A DNA stretch of 64,000 nt from NCBI GenBank assembly GCA_022844165.1, contig JALHMH010000008.1, positions 73,834 through 137,833 of the forward strand, given 5' to 3'. Origin of the DNA: Lysobacterales bacterium. Its GTDB lineage: Bacteria; Pseudomonadota; Gammaproteobacteria; Xanthomonadales; SZUA-5. Below are positions 19,299-29,931 of the stretch, in pieces. The notes beneath the pieces are model-generated. The model did not search any database. It worked only from the letters and a program-made list of their open reading frames with translations, and was not told the origin of the DNA. Every line of letters starts with the position of its first letter. Within the stretch, counting starts at the first letter, position 1. The translations under genes and the position numbers were made by a program.

Positions 19299-22037
19299 TC
19301 ACTTCGCCAACCACCGATCAGCCAACCGCACGGCGTAGTGCCGTTCGCCACGCCGTGCCGCGACGATGTCTCGGGCCTGCTGTACTGCAAGGCGATCCAA
19401 GGTCGGGCCTTGCATGAGCCGTTCGAGCAACGTTGCGATTTCGGAAAGTCTGGTCGAGTCGTCGCGCGCAATGCGCTCATTGGCAGCGTGCAGCGCCGAG
19501 CGTGCGTTGTCGAGTTGTTGCTGTTCAATGGCGAGAGCGGCAATCGACAAGCACACGCTGGCGATGTCGCGTGGGGCCTTGGTTTCGACGGCCATGGTAC
19601 GTATCAGCTCAGCCATCGCGCTGGCATCCGGAGCAAGGCGTAGCCGTATGGCGACAAGCTCGAAGTAGCGCCAACGAGCGTTGCCCGCGATCTGGGGCGG
19701 CGGGTCTGGGCCGCCCGGTGGCAGAAGCTCGAGTGCGCGGGCAGCGCGACCGGTTTCGGCGAGCGCGATAGCGGCGTAACTGACGGCGTCCAGGTAGAGC
19801 GGATGCGCCTGGCCGACTTCGCGTTTCAGGTCCGCAAGCGCTCGTTGTGCCTCAGTTGCGGCATCTTCGTAGCGTTGTTGGCGATTCAGACTCATCGCGA
19901 GAAACGAACGCGAGCGAGCCGCCGCATAACTTTGCGGGCCGTAGTGCTGTTCGCGAATGCCAAGTACCTCGCGCCACAATGGTGTGGCATCCGCGCTGGG
20001 GTCACTTCGGGTGCGAATACGGGCAAGCTCTTCCAGGATTCTGGCCAGCTGAGGATGCTGGTTTGGATAGGCGCGCCGTGCGACGCTCGCGGCGCGCTCG
20101 GCAAAGGGCAGCGCTGCTGCGATATCGCCTTTGATGCGTAGAACGCCGGCGACCCGCATGGCAGCGTAAGCGGTCTCCGCATGGTCCTGTCCGAATCGTC
20201 GCTCGGAGAGCTGCAGCGCGCGACGCGCGAGGGTTTCGGCTTGCGCACGGTAGATTTGATCGTGCGAATAAGCGACCACGGCCTGAGTGAGTGCGCCGAT
20301 TTCCCGGTCGGCGTCTGGTGCCGTACGCGCGATCAGATCCAGCAACTCATCGGCCAGAGAGCGTGCGGTATCGCCATCGTCGCTATCGACGTTGGCGCCG
20401 ATCATCTCCATGAATTTGCCCATCAGCCAATCGTTGGGCGCGCCTTGCGCACGCGCTTGCGCAACTGCGCTGCGCAAGGCATCCAGCCCGTGCGCGCGGT
20501 TGCCAGGATCGAGTTGCGTGTGTACCGTGGCCAGATCGGCTTCGATGGCTGCGCTTTGCCAGATCGGTGCGTCGGCGATTTCAGGAACCAACGCCTGGGC
20601 GGCTTCGAAACTGCGGCGCGCTGCAGACCATTGACGCTGTCCTCCCTGGATGCGGGCCAGGGACAGCAACAGCGACAGCCGAGCGCCGGGCTCGGCATTG
20701 GTGTCGGCCAGCGCCTGCTCGGTGCCGCGGGCCAGCAGTTCAGCCGTGCTCGGAAGTTCGTCGCGCGGCGCTCCGGGCAGTTCGTTGGCGAACAGGTCCT
20801 CAAGAAACGACTGCACATACGCTGCACGCTGCGCCTCGCGGCGAGCGATGTGCGACTGTTGCCAGGCGCCGATCGCGCCGACCATGCTGGCCAGCAGGCC
20901 AATCGCGATTGCGCTGCTGGCGACACGATTTCGAGCGATGAGCTTGACCAGCCGATATCCGGCGCCCTCGCGTACGCGCACGGGCAAACCATCGAGCCAT
21001 GCCGACAGTTCTTCGGCGAGCGCTTGCGCATTGCCGTAGCGGCGCGCGGGATCGGCCTGCAGCGCGCGCGCGAGTACGGCATCGAGATCGCCACGCAGCT
21101 CACGCGTTCGCTGACGCACCGCTGGATCTTCAGTTCGCGCAACGACGCGCGAGGCAGGCAATAGCATCTCACCCTGGCGCTGCGGCCGCTGTCCGACCAG
21201 GAGTTCGTGCAACACCACCCCAAGGGCGTATACATCGCTCGCTGTACTGACCGGCTCTCCGCGCAGTTGCTCGGGTGCCGCATAGGCTGGCGTCAACGCG
21301 CGTCCCATGGCATGCGTCAGTTCGGTGCTGTCGCCGAAGCCGCTGTGATCCAGCAATTTGGCGATGCCAAAGTCGAGCAGCTTGGGTATGCCGGAGCGAT
21401 CGATCAGAATATTGGCAGGCTTGATATCGCGATGGACAATCAGCTGGGCTTGTGCAGCGGCGACCGCATCGCAAATCGCGCGCATCCAGAGAACGCGACC
21501 GCGCACGTCCAGCTTGCTGCGGTCGGCAGCGTCCAGCAGCGGCTGGCCATCGACGAACTCGATCACCAGAAACGGCTCGCCCGAGGCCGTCATACCGCTA
21601 TCGAGCAGTCGCGCGATGTTCGGGTGTTTCAGGCGCATCAAGATGTCGCGTTCGCGTCGCAAACGCTCGCCGAGCACGGCTTGCGACAGGTGGCTGCGGA
21701 TCAGCTTGAGCGCGACATCGATATGCGCTTCATTTTGTGCGAGCCATACCTCGCCCATCCCACCCGTGCCAAGCATTCGTTGCAACCGATAGCGCCCGAT
21801 CGTATCCCCGGGTGCGTGCGATGTGCCGAGATTGGGTTCCAGCCGTGCCCAGGGCCTGGCATCGAGCATCGGGTCGTCTTGCTCCGCCGCATGGATCAGT
21901 TGCCGCAGCTCCACTGCCAGGGTTGCGTCTTCGCCATCGAGCGTATCGAGCATTGCGTCCCGCTCGGACGACGTCGCATTCAGCGCTGCGTCGAGCAGCG
22001 CATCCAGTCGCCGCATTCGCCCGATATCCCGGTTCAT
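19299..22037 (-). CDS. Ser/Thr kinase with TM helix and C-terminal TPR-like sensor
   Basis: GTGGMG, VALK, HRDIKPAN, DFG, YAAPEQ, TM segment, helical repeats; coupled to the ECF by a 4-nt overlap. Confidence 0.93.
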   Translation of the reverse strand: MNRDIGRMRRLDALLDAALNATSSERDAMLDTLDGEDATLAVELRQLIHAAEQDDPMLDARPWARLEPNLGTSHAPGDTIGRYRLQRMLGTGGMGEVWLAQNEAHIDVALKLIRSHLSQAVLGERLRRERDILMRLKHPNIARLLDSGMTASGEPFLVIEFVDGQPLLDAADRSKLDVRGRVLWMRAICDAVAAAQAQLIVHRDIKPANILIDRSGIPKLLDFGIAKLLDHSGFGDSTELTHAMGRALTPAYAAPEQLRGEPVSTASDVYALGVVLHELLVGQRPQRQGEMLLPASRVVARTEDPAVRQRTRELRGDLDAVLARALQADPARRYGNAQALAEELSAWLDGLPVRVREGAGYRLVKLIARNRVASSAIAIGLLASMVGAIGAWQQSHIARREAQRAAYVQSFLEDLFANELPGAPRDELPSTAELLARGTEQALADTNAEPGARLSLLLSLARIQGGQRQWSAARRSFEAAQALVPEIADAPIWQSAAIEADLATVHTQLDPGNRAHGLDALRSAVAQARAQGAPNDWLMGKFMEMIGANVDSDDGDTARSLADELLDLIARTAPDADREIGALTQAVVAYSHDQIYRAQAETLARRALQLSERRFGQDHAETAYAAMRVAGVLRIKGDIAAALPFAERAASVARRAYPNQHPQLARILEELARIRTRSDPSADATPLWREVLGIREQHYGPQSYAAARSRSFLAMSLNRQQRYEDAATEAQRALADLKREVGQAHPLYLDAVSYAAIALAETGRAARALELLPPGGPDPPPQIAGNARWRYFELVAIRLRLAPDASAMAELIRTMAVETKAPRDIASVCLSIAALAIEQQQLDNARSALHAANERIARDDSTRLSEIATLLERLMQGPTLDRLAVQQARDIVAARRGERHYAVRLADRWLAK

Positions 22038-22543
22038 CGCGCAGCGCTGAGTTCGCCCAACCACGCTTTGGCGCGTTTCCAGTCGCGCTGCACCGTGCGC
22101 ACATCGACGTCCAGAATATCGGCCGTTTCTTCTTCGGTGTAGCCGGCAAAAAAGCGACACATGACCACTTCTGCGAGGCGCGGTTGGATCTCGGCGAGCG
22201 CCTTTAGCGTCTGGTCCATTTCGACCAGACGTTCGGCATCCAGCTCCGGTGCCAGCGCGACAGGGTCATGATCGTCCGTTGCCGCAGTCTGCCGGACGCT
22301 ACGGCGTCGCGCATCGTCGATCAGAATTTCGCGCATTGCTCGAGCTGCCAGCCCAAAGAAGTGCTTCCGATCCACCGCAACGGCGCTGCGTTCGCGGCTC
22401 AGCTTCAGGTACACCTCGTTGACCAGAGCTGTAGTCGCCAGCGTTTCGCCATGCGGCATACGCCGCCGCGCGGCATGCGCAAGGGTGCGCAGCTCATCGA
22501 TGAGCGGTGCCAATGTTGCGGGGTCGGAGTCGAAGAAGCTCAT
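22034..22543 (-). CDS. Kinase-associated ECF sigma factor (ECF43/EcfK-like)
   Basis: TLATTALVNEVYLKL, AARAMREILID, RTVQRDWKRAKAWL. Confidence 0.92.
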   Translation of the reverse strand: MSFFDSDPATLAPLIDELRTLAHAARRRMPHGETLATTALVNEVYLKLSRERSAVAVDRKHFFGLAARAMREILIDDARRRSVRQTAATDDHDPVALAPELDAERLVEMDQTLKALAEIQPRLAEVVMCRFFAGYTEEETADILDVDVRTVQRDWKRAKAWLGELSAAR

Positions 22544-22632
22544 AGCACGGAGAATAGTCGTCCTCTCAAAGCTTCCCAAACCTTACGTCGGCGTTGTGCA
22601 TATCAGCGCACAACACCATTGAAGGTTCGCGA

Positions 22633-23286
22633 TCAGCCGCGCACCATCGCCACCGTTATCCGCCGCTTTTCCGCTAGGCTCGTGCGGTGCAGGGCGTCCA
22701 GACGCGTCATCAGCGCTGCCAAGTCACGCGAGTGGTGGCGCAACAAGTACTCGATTGCGGCCGGCTCCAACGGGATTCCGGCATGCCTGGCCTGCAATTG
22801 CAGAATGTGCCGACGGTCGTCGTCACTGACGAGCGGCAACAGCAGTTGTTCGGCGCGCGCGAGGCGCGAGTGCAGATCGGGCAAACACGTTGGCAATGCC
22901 GTGCCGGCGCAGAGCACTGCTCGCCGCGCGTCGTGCTGGCGATTGAGCAGCGCGAACAGGGCCAACGCTGCGTCAATCTCACCAATGGCATCAACATCAT
23001 CAACGGCGATCAGCGCGCCATCGGCGTTGCGTAACCACTCGACCGCATCGGCGCGCCGCAGCGAAACGTAAAAGGCGCCAATGCCGTGTTCGCGCGCGCG
23101 CTCGCAGACCGCGTGCAACAAATGCGACTTACCGCTGAGCGACGGGCCCGTCAGCACAATCTGCGCTTCGCCCGGGCTGGCTGCGAACGCGATCAGGCGC
23201 TGCGCAACGATGTTGCCGGGCGCGGCGTAGTAGTTCTCGAAACCTGGAGCGCCGATGCCGGGCAGCGCGAGTGCGAGTTGATTCAC
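22633..23286 (-). CDS. hda: DnaA regulatory inactivator Hda
   Basis: N-terminal QLALAL clamp motif, GKSHLL, LPDLHSRL, RRIT; GTG start. Confidence 0.88.
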   Translation of the reverse strand: MNQLALALPGIGAPGFENYYAAPGNIVAQRLIAFAASPGEAQIVLTGPSLSGKSHLLHAVCERAREHGIGAFYVSLRRADAVEWLRNADGALIAVDDVDAIGEIDAALALFALLNRQHDARRAVLCAGTALPTCLPDLHSRLARAEQLLLPLVSDDDRRHILQLQARHAGIPLEPAAIEYLLRHHSRDLAALMTRLDALHRTSLAEKRRITVAMVRG

Positions 23287-24353
23287 GACGGCGGCGCAGC
23301 ATTGTCTTGATAGAGTCGGCTTTGCAGATACTGCTCGTGCAGATGACGCAGGATGACCATCAGCACTGCGGTGACGGGTAAAGCCAACAACACGCCGACA
23401 AAGCCAAACAATTGCCCGCCCGCGAGAATGGCGAAGATAACCGCCACCGGGTGCAGGCCGATGCGATCGCCTACCAGCCACGGCGTCAGCACAAAACCCT
23501 CGAGCGTCTGGCCGACGCCGAACACGATCAGAACGTACATCACGTGGACCAGATCGCGATGCTCCACCAGCGCCGCTATCACCGCGCCGCCGACGCCGAG
23601 AATGCCGCCCAGGTAAGGCACGAAACTCAGCAACCCGGCGCACATGCCGATCAGAAACGCCAGCTTGATGCCGGCAAGCCAAAGTCCGATCGAATAGATC
23701 AAACCGAGCGCCAGCATCACCGCCAACTGACCGCGTAAGAACGCGCTCAGCACCACGTTCGATTCGCGAGCGATTTGCGAGACCTTTGGCTCGATATGCC
23801 TTGGCAGCAGCTCGCGCACACGTTCGATCATGGTGTCCCAGTCGCGGAGAAAGTAAAACGTCACGACCGGAATCAACAGCAGGTTCATCGCGAATGCGAC
23901 GATCGCCAAACCGGACTTCGACACTTGCTCAAGCACGGTGGCTGCGATGCCGCCCGCTTGCTGCCAATGTTGCTGCAGGACTGCCATGATTTGGTCGGTG
24001 GAGAACACGTTTGGATCGACGCCGAGGCGGTCAACGAGAATCGGCATCAGTCGCTCGCGGACCCAGCTGATGTAAGCCGGCAGTTTTTCGATCAACAGCC
24101 GGATCTGGTCTTCCAACAACGGCACCAGCACCAGCGGCACCAGCAGCAGAATCAAGGTCATTGCCGTGAATACGATGCCCACGGATGCGCTGCGCGAGAG
24201 CTTCAGGCGTTCCAGTGCGTCGACGATAGGATCGCCCAGATACGCGAGCAGCGCAGCGACCGCAAATGGCGTCAATATAGGACCGAGCAGAAACAGAAAG
24301 AGCCCAACGACGGCCAAGATGGCGGCCAGCTGCGCGCGATAACTCCAAGTCAA
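23283..24353 (-). CDS. AI-2E family transporter
   Basis: PVVTFYFLRDW, FLRGQL, GLHPVAVIFAIL; TTG start overlaps the upstream stop. Confidence 0.9.
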   Translation of the reverse strand: MTWSYRAQLAAILAVVGLFLFLLGPILTPFAVAALLAYLGDPIVDALERLKLSRSASVGIVFTAMTLILLLVPLVLVPLLEDQIRLLIEKLPAYISWVRERLMPILVDRLGVDPNVFSTDQIMAVLQQHWQQAGGIAATVLEQVSKSGLAIVAFAMNLLLIPVVTFYFLRDWDTMIERVRELLPRHIEPKVSQIARESNVVLSAFLRGQLAVMLALGLIYSIGLWLAGIKLAFLIGMCAGLLSFVPYLGGILGVGGAVIAALVEHRDLVHVMYVLIVFGVGQTLEGFVLTPWLVGDRIGLHPVAVIFAILAGGQLFGFVGVLLALPVTAVLMVILRHLHEQYLQSRLYQDNAAPPS

Positions 24354-24910
24354 GTCAATTTCTCCTTCGTCAGACGCCGGGCCTTCTCGCGCCAGCGTCG
24401 CACATAGTCGATGCCGCTGGATACAAGAAATATGGCGGTCGCCACAAATGCTGCCTGTACCGCAAGCATTGGCACGTGCGCAGGATAGGCATTTGCGACC
24501 AACAACAGCAGAACCATTAATACTTGCGCCAACATGGTCATCTTGCCGAGCAACGTCGGCGCAGCGCGCAGGGGCGCATAGTTGAAATGAAAAGCGACAG
24601 CGCCCCAGACGATGACGATATCGCGCATCGCGATCAGCGCAAACAACCACAGTGGTAGATCGCCATGCCAGGCCAGCGCCGCGGTGGCGCACAGGATCAG
24701 GGTTTTATCGGCCAGTGGGTCCAGCCAGCCACCGAGGCGGCTGATCCAGCCGAATCGTTTGGCCAGGTAACCATCGATCGAGTCTGTCAGGCCAGCGGCA
24801 AGGAACAGCCAGAGCGCCATCTGCGCCTGTTCGTGCGCGATCAGCCACGCGATCGGCGGCGCCGCGAGCAGCCGCAGAAGCGTCAGGGTATTGGGCAGGT
24901 GGCGGAGCAT
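24350..24910 (-). CDS. CDP-alcohol phosphatidyltransferase
   Basis: PNTLTLLR and D-x-x-DG-x-x-A-x-R...G-x-x-LDP-x-x-DK. Confidence 0.92.
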   Translation of the reverse strand: MLRHLPNTLTLLRLLAAPPIAWLIAHEQAQMALWLFLAAGLTDSIDGYLAKRFGWISRLGGWLDPLADKTLILCATAALAWHGDLPLWLFALIAMRDIVIVWGAVAFHFNYAPLRAAPTLLGKMTMLAQVLMVLLLLVANAYPAHVPMLAVQAAFVATAIFLVSSGIDYVRRWREKARRLTKEKLT

Positions 24911-25023
24911 CGGGTTGCCGGTCACTCGTCAAAACAACCGGTGCGGTGCCGAATGGTCGCAAGCCACCGGAAGCTGCGGGCGCGGCCCTGCCGCGTCATC
25001 GGAGATTGTACGACCAAGAGCAC

Positions 25024-26025
25024 TCAGCGCAAATCGAGCACCACCTCACCGTCGATCGACTCGCCGGCGGCGGTCATGACATCGCCCAGGCCGACGATCG
25101 ACTTGAGCCGATCGCCACCGCCGGCAACGCTCATGTCCAGCGTCAGCGTATTTCCGGCAGCCGCGCTGGCGCGCAGATCGCGCACGATCGAAAGCGACGC
25201 CAGATAACTCTGAGCGCGCGCATAGGCGCCAGCATCGCCGATGTTGCGCACCACGGCGCGCACAGCCACCGGCGTCGAGTCGGCTGCGTCGAAGGCATAT
25301 CGCTGCGCAAGGCGATTGGCGGTTTCGTCGCCTGCGGCGCGCAGTGCTTCGAGCTGAGTCATACCGCTGACCTCGAAACTCTCGGTTTTTTCGCCATCGT
25401 TAAACGCGAATCGACCGATCACACCGCTGCTCGACGGAAACAAGCGGCCCGCCAACACACCAGGAACACCCGCGCGCGAAGCGATCTGGCGCAATACATC
25501 CACATCCCGTGCATCCAGGCTGCCGCTGGCGGCCGCGTCTTCATCCAGGCCTCGTTTCAGTAAGATCCCGCGTTCAGTGCCGCGACGCAGCAGCGGCTGC
25601 AACTCGCTTTCGGACAGGGCCGATCCCGAGTCGGCCCCGGCCACCCAGACCATCAATGTCGGCCGCTCGCGCGCCCACTGCGACAGCCCGCTCGACGATA
25701 ACAGCCGGGTGACTGCGCGCGGCTCGAAGCTGGCGACGTAGTACAGTTTGAGCTGCGGCACGGCGCCGCTGCGATCGACATCCTGGCGATAGTGGTAGGC
25801 CTGCACCAGCGAGCTTGGATCCTTCAGCGCGCTTGCGACCTGCGGGCGCTCCGCAGCGGATTGATCGCCCGAAACTTTGATCAGAACCTGCTTGAGCGCA
25901 CTGATATTCGCCGCCAATCGTTCCGCTTCGGACTGGTCGGCGACGGCAACCTCGCCGCTGTACAAATCGGCCAGCGCCGGTAGCGCAACCAGCATGCACA
26001 TCAGGAAAAAGGCGTATCGCAGCAT
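25024..26025 (-). CDS. DUF2066-family periplasmic protein
   Basis: Signal peptide, ALKQVLIKVSG, WARERP; usual synteny with AI-2E and hda. Confidence 0.82.
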   Translation of the reverse strand: MLRYAFFLMCMLVALPALADLYSGEVAVADQSEAERLAANISALKQVLIKVSGDQSAAERPQVASALKDPSSLVQAYHYRQDVDRSGAVPQLKLYYVASFEPRAVTRLLSSSGLSQWARERPTLMVWVAGADSGSALSESELQPLLRRGTERGILLKRGLDEDAAASGSLDARDVDVLRQIASRAGVPGVLAGRLFPSSSGVIGRFAFNDGEKTESFEVSGMTQLEALRAAGDETANRLAQRYAFDAADSTPVAVRAVVRNIGDAGAYARAQSYLASLSIVRDLRASAAAGNTLTLDMSVAGGGDRLKSIVGLGDVMTAAGESIDGEVVLDLR

Positions 26026-26245
26026 GTTGTCGAATCCATGGACCGATTCGCAGAGTATGCCGGTTTGCGTCCGGGTCGCGCGCGGCGGGAACCGTCGGGT
26101 GAAGCCGCAGACAAATCGCAGCCGGTGTGAGCCATGCACGATCGGCCGCCCACCCTGTGCGGATCGTCGGCGAATCCAGGTACGGCCTGCTCTTCGCGTA
26201 CGGGTTTTTGCCCCTTAAACATCGCCTTGCATTTATGCTCCGGGC

Positions 26246-29200
26246 ATGAACCCTACGCCTGCTTCCGTCGACGCCTTTCTCGCCCGCTGGTCGGTGCGAA
26301 GCGGCAGTGAGTTGGCAAACTACCAGTTGTTCCTGACCGAGCTGATTGCCCTGCTGGAACTACCGCGTCCCGATCCGGCCAGCGAGGACACGCGCGACAA
26401 CGCGTACGTGTTCGAGCGCCGCGTGCAGTTCGCGCATGGCGATGGCAGCAGCTCGCTGGGGCGCATTGATCTGTATCGCCGCGGTCATTTCGTCTGCGAG
26501 GCGAAGAAAGTCAAAGCTGGCGCGCACACAAAGGGCTTCGATCTGGCGCTGATGCGGGCGCGTTCGCAGGCCGAGGAATATGCTCGGGCGCTGCCTGCGG
26601 AGGAAGGGCGGCCGCCGTTCCTGCTGGTCGTCGATGTCGGCCATACGATCGATTTGTACGCCGAGTTCTCGCGCTCCGGTGCCACCTATACGCCTTTCCC
26701 CGATCCCTCCTCGCATCGCATTCGCCTGCCCGATTTGCATCGGCCCGACGTGCTGGAGCGCTTGCGTGCGATCTGGCTGGATCCGCTGTCGCTCGATCCC
26801 TCGCGCGTCTCGGCGCGGGTCACGCGCGCCATCGCCGCCGATCTGGCGGAATTGGCGCGTTCGCTGGAAGCCACGGGCCTGGACGCCGAAACCGTGGCCG
26901 GCTTCCTGACGCGCTGCCTGTTTACGCTATTTGCCGAGGATGTGGAGCTGTTGCCCACCGGCAGCTTCACGGGGCTTTTGGCCGAATGCGAGCGCCATCC
27001 GGCACAGTTTGTGCCGCTGCTCACCGAGTTGTGGCGGGCGATGGATGTCGGCGGTTTTTCGGTGGCGCTGCGCGCCGATTTGCTGCGCTTCAACGGCAAG
27101 CTCTTCAAGCAGCCGCTGGTGTTGGCGCTCAGCCGCGAACAAATCGAGTTGCTGACGCGCGCGGCGAAGCACGACTGGAAACACGTTGAACCGGCGATCT
27201 TCGGCACGCTGCTCGAACGCGCGCTCGATCCCACCGAGCGGCACGCGCTCGGCGCGCACTACACGCCGCGCGCGTACGTGGAGCGCCTGGTGCTGCCAGC
27301 GGTGATCGAGCCGCTGCGCGCCGACTGGAACACCGCGCAAGCGGCGGCGCTCACGCTGCTGGCGGAGGGCGACGCCAAAGGCGCCATCGCCACGGTACGC
27401 ACCTTCCATCATCAGTTGTGCAGCGTGCGCGTGCTCGATCCGGCCTGCGGCAGCGGTAACTTTCTCTATGTCACGCTGGAGCACTTGAAGCGCCTGGAAG
27501 GCGAGGTGCTCAATCGCCTCACAGAACTCGGCGACACCCAGGGCCTGCTCGATTTGTCCGGTGTCAGCGTCGATCCGCATCAGTTCCTGGGCATCGAGTT
27601 GAATCCGCGCGCAGCGGCGATTGCCGAGATGGTGCTGTGGATCGGCTATCTGCAATGGCACTTCCGCACCCGCGGCCACGTCGCGCCGCCGCAGCCGGTG
27701 CTGAAGGATTTCCACAACATCGAATGCCGCGACGCCGTGCTCGCCCACGATGGCGCCGAGTTCGTGTTGGATGAGTCGGGCAAACCCGTCACCCGCTGGG
27801 ACGGCCGCACGATGAAGCCGCACCCCGTCACCGGCGAACCCGTCCCCGACGACACCGCCCGCGTGCCGCTGTATCGCTACCAGAACCCGCGCAAAGCGCA
27901 GTGGCCCGAGGCGGATTTTGTGGTGGGGAATCCGCCGTTTATTGGTAGCAAGCGCATGCGAGAGGCGCTCGGCGATGGATACGTCGATGCGCTACAAGCG
28001 GCGTTTCCTGAGGTGCCCGAAAGCACAGACTTGGTGATGCGCTGGTGGCATCACGCTGCTTGTCTTGTGCGTGATGGCAGAATTAGGCGGTTCGGCTTAA
28101 TCGCTACTAACAGTTTGCGCCAGTCATACGTTCGGCGGGCAGTCGAACCTCACCTGCTTGGTGACCCCCCGCTCAGCTTGATTTTTGCCGTCCCGGATCA
28201 TCCGTGGGTGGATAGTGCGGATGGAGCAGCCGTTCGCATATCAATGACTGTGGGTATTCGCGGCAGCGAACCAGGGAGACTAGTCAAGGTTAACGAGGAC
28301 AGGACAACTCCGAACCAGGACAGCGAAGATCTTGTGTCATCGGTAGAGAGTCGCACGGGAAAGATCCACCCAGATCTCTCGATTGGTGCCGACCTCACCA
28401 CCGTGGCGACTCTCGCAGCAAACTCGCAAATATGCTCCGTGGGCATGAAGACAATAGGCGAGGCATTTCAGATCGGGTACGAGAGGGCTAAGCAAATCGG
28501 CCTTGGCACGAGCGAAGAAATTGGGTGTTACATTCGCCCGTACCTGAATGGGCGCGATTGGGTGAGCAAGAGCCGCGGGATTTGGCTCGTGGACTTCTTC
28601 GGCCTAGAAGCAGAAGAAGTTCGCGATCGATTCCCTGCGGCTTACCAGCACTTGCTCGACAATGCCAAGCCGATGCGTGAGCAAAACCGGAACTCGGTGT
28701 TTCGTGATCGATGGTGGGTCATCGGTCATCCGCGGCAACAGTTCCGGGCGGCCATGGTGGGCTGTCGGAAGTACATCGTTACGGTCGAAACTCAGAAACA
28801 CCGATTCTTTGGATTCGTGGACGAAGCTGTGACTCCGGACAGCACGCTGGTGACGTTCGCGTTGGAAGATCCGTATCTATTGGGCCTGCTATCGGCTCGT
28901 TCGCACGTCACTTGGGCATTAGCAGCAGGTGGAACACTCGAAGACCGACCGCGCTACAACAAAACCCGCTGCTTCGAGACCTTCCCGTTTCCGTCTTTCG
29001 ACAATCCGAATACCGCCAGCCACCAATCCCGAATCCGTACCCTGGCCGAAGACCTAGACGCCCACCGCAAACGCCAACAAGCCGCGCATCCAGAACTCAC
29101 GCTCACCGGCATGTACAACGTGCTGGAGAAACTCAAATCCGGCGAGGCGCTGAGTGCGAAGGAGAAGCTGATCCACGAGCAGGGCCTGGTGTCGGTGCTC

Positions 29201-29734
29201 AAACAACTGCACGACGATCTCGATTTCGCGGTGCTCGCCGCGTACGGCTGGGAGGATCTCGCGCCGCTGATGCAGGCGGTCAACGGCAATGCCGCGCACC
29301 CGGAGGGCCGCAGCCGCGACGAGGCAGTGCGCGAGTTGGACGAAGTGCTGCTCGAACGCCTCGTGGCGCTCAACGCCGAACGCGCCGCCGAAGAAGCGCG
29401 CGGCCATATCCGCTGGCTGCGCCCCGAGTTTCAGAATCCCGGCGCGGCTGCTCCAACCCAGGTCGAGATCGACACCGCGGACGAGACGAGCGATGAGACC
29501 ATCACCGCCGCTGCGATTACACGCCGGCCGTGGCCCAAAGACATCATCGAGCAGATCAAGAGCATCGCCGACACCGTCGCGCAATCGCCGGTGCCGCTCA
29601 CCGAAGCTGCCATCGCCGAGCGCTACACTGGCCGCGGTCGCTGGCGCGAACGCCTACCGCGCATTCTCGAAACCCTGCTCGCACTGGGCAACCTCAAGCA
29701 TGCCCACGGCACCTATCGCCGCTCGGCGGTCTGA
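26246..29734 (+). CDS. MmeI-like type IIL restriction-modification enzyme (endonuclease + m6A MTase + TRD)
   Basis: RIDLY...EAK nuclease motif, IFGTLLE, GAHYTP, DPACGSGNF (motif I), NPPF (motif IV), RYNKTRCFETFPFP. Confidence 0.9.
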   Translation: MNPTPASVDAFLARWSVRSGSELANYQLFLTELIALLELPRPDPASEDTRDNAYVFERRVQFAHGDGSSSLGRIDLYRRGHFVCEAKKVKAGAHTKGFDLALMRARSQAEEYARALPAEEGRPPFLLVVDVGHTIDLYAEFSRSGATYTPFPDPSSHRIRLPDLHRPDVLERLRAIWLDPLSLDPSRVSARVTRAIAADLAELARSLEATGLDAETVAGFLTRCLFTLFAEDVELLPTGSFTGLLAECERHPAQFVPLLTELWRAMDVGGFSVALRADLLRFNGKLFKQPLVLALSREQIELLTRAAKHDWKHVEPAIFGTLLERALDPTERHALGAHYTPRAYVERLVLPAVIEPLRADWNTAQAAALTLLAEGDAKGAIATVRTFHHQLCSVRVLDPACGSGNFLYVTLEHLKRLEGEVLNRLTELGDTQGLLDLSGVSVDPHQFLGIELNPRAAAIAEMVLWIGYLQWHFRTRGHVAPPQPVLKDFHNIECRDAVLAHDGAEFVLDESGKPVTRWDGRTMKPHPVTGEPVPDDTARVPLYRYQNPRKAQWPEADFVVGNPPFIGSKRMREALGDGYVDALQAAFPEVPESTDLVMRWWHHAACLVRDGRIRRFGLIATNSLRQSYVRRAVEPHLLGDPPLSLIFAVPDHPWVDSADGAAVRISMTVGIRGSEPGRLVKVNEDRTTPNQDSEDLVSSVESRTGKIHPDLSIGADLTTVATLAANSQICSVGMKTIGEAFQIGYERAKQIGLGTSEEIGCYIRPYLNGRDWVSKSRGIWLVDFFGLEAEEVRDRFPAAYQHLLDNAKPMREQNRNSVFRDRWWVIGHPRQQFRAAMVGCRKYIVTVETQKHRFFGFVDEAVTPDSTLVTFALEDPYLLGLLSARSHVTWALAAGGTLEDRPRYNKTRCFETFPFPSFDNPNTASHQSRIRTLAEDLDAHRKRQQAAHPELTLTGMYNVLEKLKSGEALSAKEKLIHEQGLVSVLKQLHDDLDFAVLAAYGWEDLAPLMQAVNGNAAHPEGRSRDEAVRELDEVLLERLVALNAERAAEEARGHIRWLRPEFQNPGAAAPTQVEIDTADETSDETITAAAITRRPWPKDIIEQIKSIADTVAQSPVPLTEAAIAERYTGRGRWRERLPRILETLLALGNLKHAHGTYRRSAV

Positions 29735-29739
29735 GGCGA

Positions 29740-29879
29740 CACCGGAGTTCTTGACAGAGCGAGATCTGGACAATTGAGTCGAATTTTCTTCGAAGCGACT
29801 TTGGCTTTTGCAGCCCCTTAAGCTACGGGGTGAGACTCGGCGCTGACACGCCGCAGGCGTGTGCCAAGTCAAACGCCCA
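29740..29879 (-). repeat. Dispersed ~140-bp intergenic repeat, copy 1
   Basis: Reverse complement aligns to 59992-60128 (GGCACACGCCTGCGGCGTGTC...GCTGCAAAAGCCAAAG...GAAAATT.GACTCA). Confidence 0.85.
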
Positions 29880-29931
29880 GCGGCTGCGCCGCTGGGCCGG
29901 AAATGCGAAGCGCGGTTGTGGCGAGCGATTT

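Noticed and set aside
26246-29734. BREX PglX or DISARM system
   Set aside because: Standalone gene with its own nuclease motif; no brx, pgl or drm partners nearby.
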